64,000 nucleotides of DNA from contig JAKMXF010000307.1 of NCBI GenBank assembly GCA_024704765.1, forward strand, positions 372,001 to 436,000, written 5' to 3'. Below the pieces are notes generated by a model that was given only the letters and a program-made list of their open reading frames with translations, was not told the origin of the DNA and did not search any database. A program made the translations under genes and the position numbers. This stretch comes from Oopsacas minuta. Taxonomy: Eukaryota; Animalia; Porifera. Shown here piece after piece: positions 61,925 to 64,000 of the stretch; the stretch's first letter is position 1; the number at the start of each line of letters is the position of its first letter.

Positions 61925-62261
61925 ATCAAAGGGAATGTTTATTGTTATGATGGAATGGAGGATCTACATATACTGGTACAATACCCGTCAAAAATTATAC
62001 GAGCAATACGTAACAATTCTCCAATCACTTCGAATGTCAATTATATTTTTACCTATCAGATAAGAAACACTAAAGCTATACTAGAGTACGTAGATTGCAA
62101 CGTCATTAGAGTGTGTTACATCATTTATCGGTTTCACAAATTTATCTATCAATGCTATCCTTGTTAGCTATATTTATATACATGATATATGTGGTAAGCG
62201 AGAACTGGTAGATTATAAGTCGATTCCATATATTCTGCAGTTTCTCCATTATAAATGCTAT

Positions 62262-62400
62262 AAACTCGCTTAATAGAGCAACCGGTTAATCACCACTTTC
62301 CAGGGACAGAACCATATAAAGTGTCAAATACCTCCGGTTAATCGGGTCAATACCTTTATTCCGCTTAATCCGGTCAAATGTCCCTTAATTACCTAAGTGA
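62262..62400 (+). repeat. pogo/Tigger-like terminal region with repeated ccg(g/c)ttaat motifs
   Basis: actcgcttaatagagcaaccggttaat...ccggttaatcgg...ccgcttaatccgg; resembles the 23740-23959 pogo end. Confidence 0.4.
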
Positions 62401-64000
62401 TGACCGCAATAAACAAGAAATGCAAAATCTTCCCCCTTTTGATATCCAAGTTAGCAAAAACTGAAATCTACCCGGAACAAATATGTTAACAAATGGAAGA
62501 ACCCATAACAATACTTTACACAATAAATTTAAACCAGGACAAATTTGTTAAATGCCAAAATCATGACAAATTAGTTCCGGCCGAACAGTTTTACATCGGA
62601 AAAAATATATAAAAAGAGGACCAGTAATGTCAATATAGATCTAGATCTTTGTATCCTAAGAATTCAAATATCAACCAAAAACCATTTTGCAACACTGAAA
62701 TTAATATAATTCGTTTCTCACGACCTGAATACAAATGATATTCTTCAACTGTATTTTATTCGCCTTCATTCCTTCGACAAACTTTCTTCAATTATAACAA
62801 TGCTTTCTATTTCGATTCAATCATGTGAATATCTTTCTAAATCAATTTTGAAATGATACAAAACGATACAAAACGATATATTGAACACGGTTACATAGAT
62901 AATCGGTTATATTAGAGATAATTGTCTATTAGAAGCATGGATATTAGTTGACAGCATCAACTGTTGATTATTGGCTTTGTTTAGAAATGCTTATCCTATT
63001 TTTACGGTCGTATAACTTATGTGGAATTTTAAATTTACTTTATCCATTCGAGAAAATATGGATCTATTATTGATTCCATTCAACTGTATCAGAAAATGAG
63101 GCAGAGTTAACTCCTCAAAATTCAATTGTTAAGTTGATTCACATCCAGGTATGTTATCTAAAGCATCACCTGATATTGGTCACTCAGAAACTAGTGTTGT
63201 CATCAACAAATCTACCTATAATTATGTGTCACTTGTCGCTACACTAGATGATGGTGATATTCTGAATGATGTATTCATTGAAGTGTTCACAGCTATTGAA
63301 CAAAGTAAGGGTAACTAAATATGAAATTTCAACAAAGCTTTGTTAATAAATAGGTAATGATCTAATAGTTATTGAAATACTCATTGCATAATATTATATG
63401 ATATATTACAATTCAAATACCAGATTAAGGTTGCATAGGTCGGTATTACCTCAATAAGAATATTTAGGAATGATTAGAGCAAATTGTGTTGAGTTGATAA
63501 CACATTAATGAGTTGTGACACTTCTGGCAGATGTAGCACACAACTGGAATATTAGAACAACAACTAGAAAACATATGAAAATCATTTCAAGTTCTCTCAT
63601 TCTACTTGAAAATATTAGTATAGTTGGAAATATAATCCATTTTGTGCATTTTGTGTTAACATCAGAGGTGGCGCACATAAATAATATATGTGTTCTCCTG
63701 CCCCGTATTGCTTAATAATAAAATGAAACAACAAAAAGGTTGGCTACAAACAATTCTAAATATTCATGATGGGGTAATAGAGATTGATAGAATACAATTT
63801 TCTATCAGAATTGCTTCATCAAATTTTAATTAGAAGCCATTAGTAATTATGTATAAATAGCTAATTATCTATTTAATGAGCAAAGTATGCCTTGAAAATA
63901 TAATTTGAAAACACTTCATAGATATTTATGTGAACAATGTAACTAACATAGCCCGATAAATTTTGAAGTATCGAAATATTGACAATCATTGGCACCTATC

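Noticed and set aside
63080-63320. Exon-like stretch with GT donors (…TLDDGDILNDVFIEVF…)
   Set aside because: Under 60 codons, frames not linkable, no domain recognised.

Overview
AT-rich (roughly one-third GC) eukaryotic genomic DNA, probably an invertebrate animal (inferred from the transposon repertoire and short GT-AG introns; taxon not established). Only two host genes are recognisable, both at the left end and divergent: a RhoGEF DH-domain exon (minus, gene continues off-window) and a compact NF-YB histone-fold gene (5122-5436). The rest is a dense, nested accumulation of DNA transposons: Merlin/IS1595-like, MULE, Tc1 (DD34E), several mariners (DD34D), six DD37D/maT elements, pogo/Tigger, Chapaev, several hAT lineages, a P-element remnant, a Harbinger-type micro-MITE and two retroviral-type-integrase (Ginger-like) relics. 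Only one transposase ORF is fully intact (DD37D, 33139-34170). Removing nested elements at their TSDs restores the interrupted reading frames in several places. Most noteworthy: (i) an intron-containing Ginger1-like integrase (H2C2, rve, GPY/F, unexplained C-terminal exon) split by a hAT-in-hAT nest; (ii) a KRBA2/SCAND3-like integrase tail with a PHD-like finger; (iii) a MULE transposase ending in a RING finger; (iv) an NF-YB with Ser at both conserved helix-2 Cys positions; (v) a mariner with an internal inversion; (vi) two copies of an already-dead DD37D element sharing the same lesions. No CRISPR, rRNA or tRNA could be supported. Family names come from motif recognition, not database searches.
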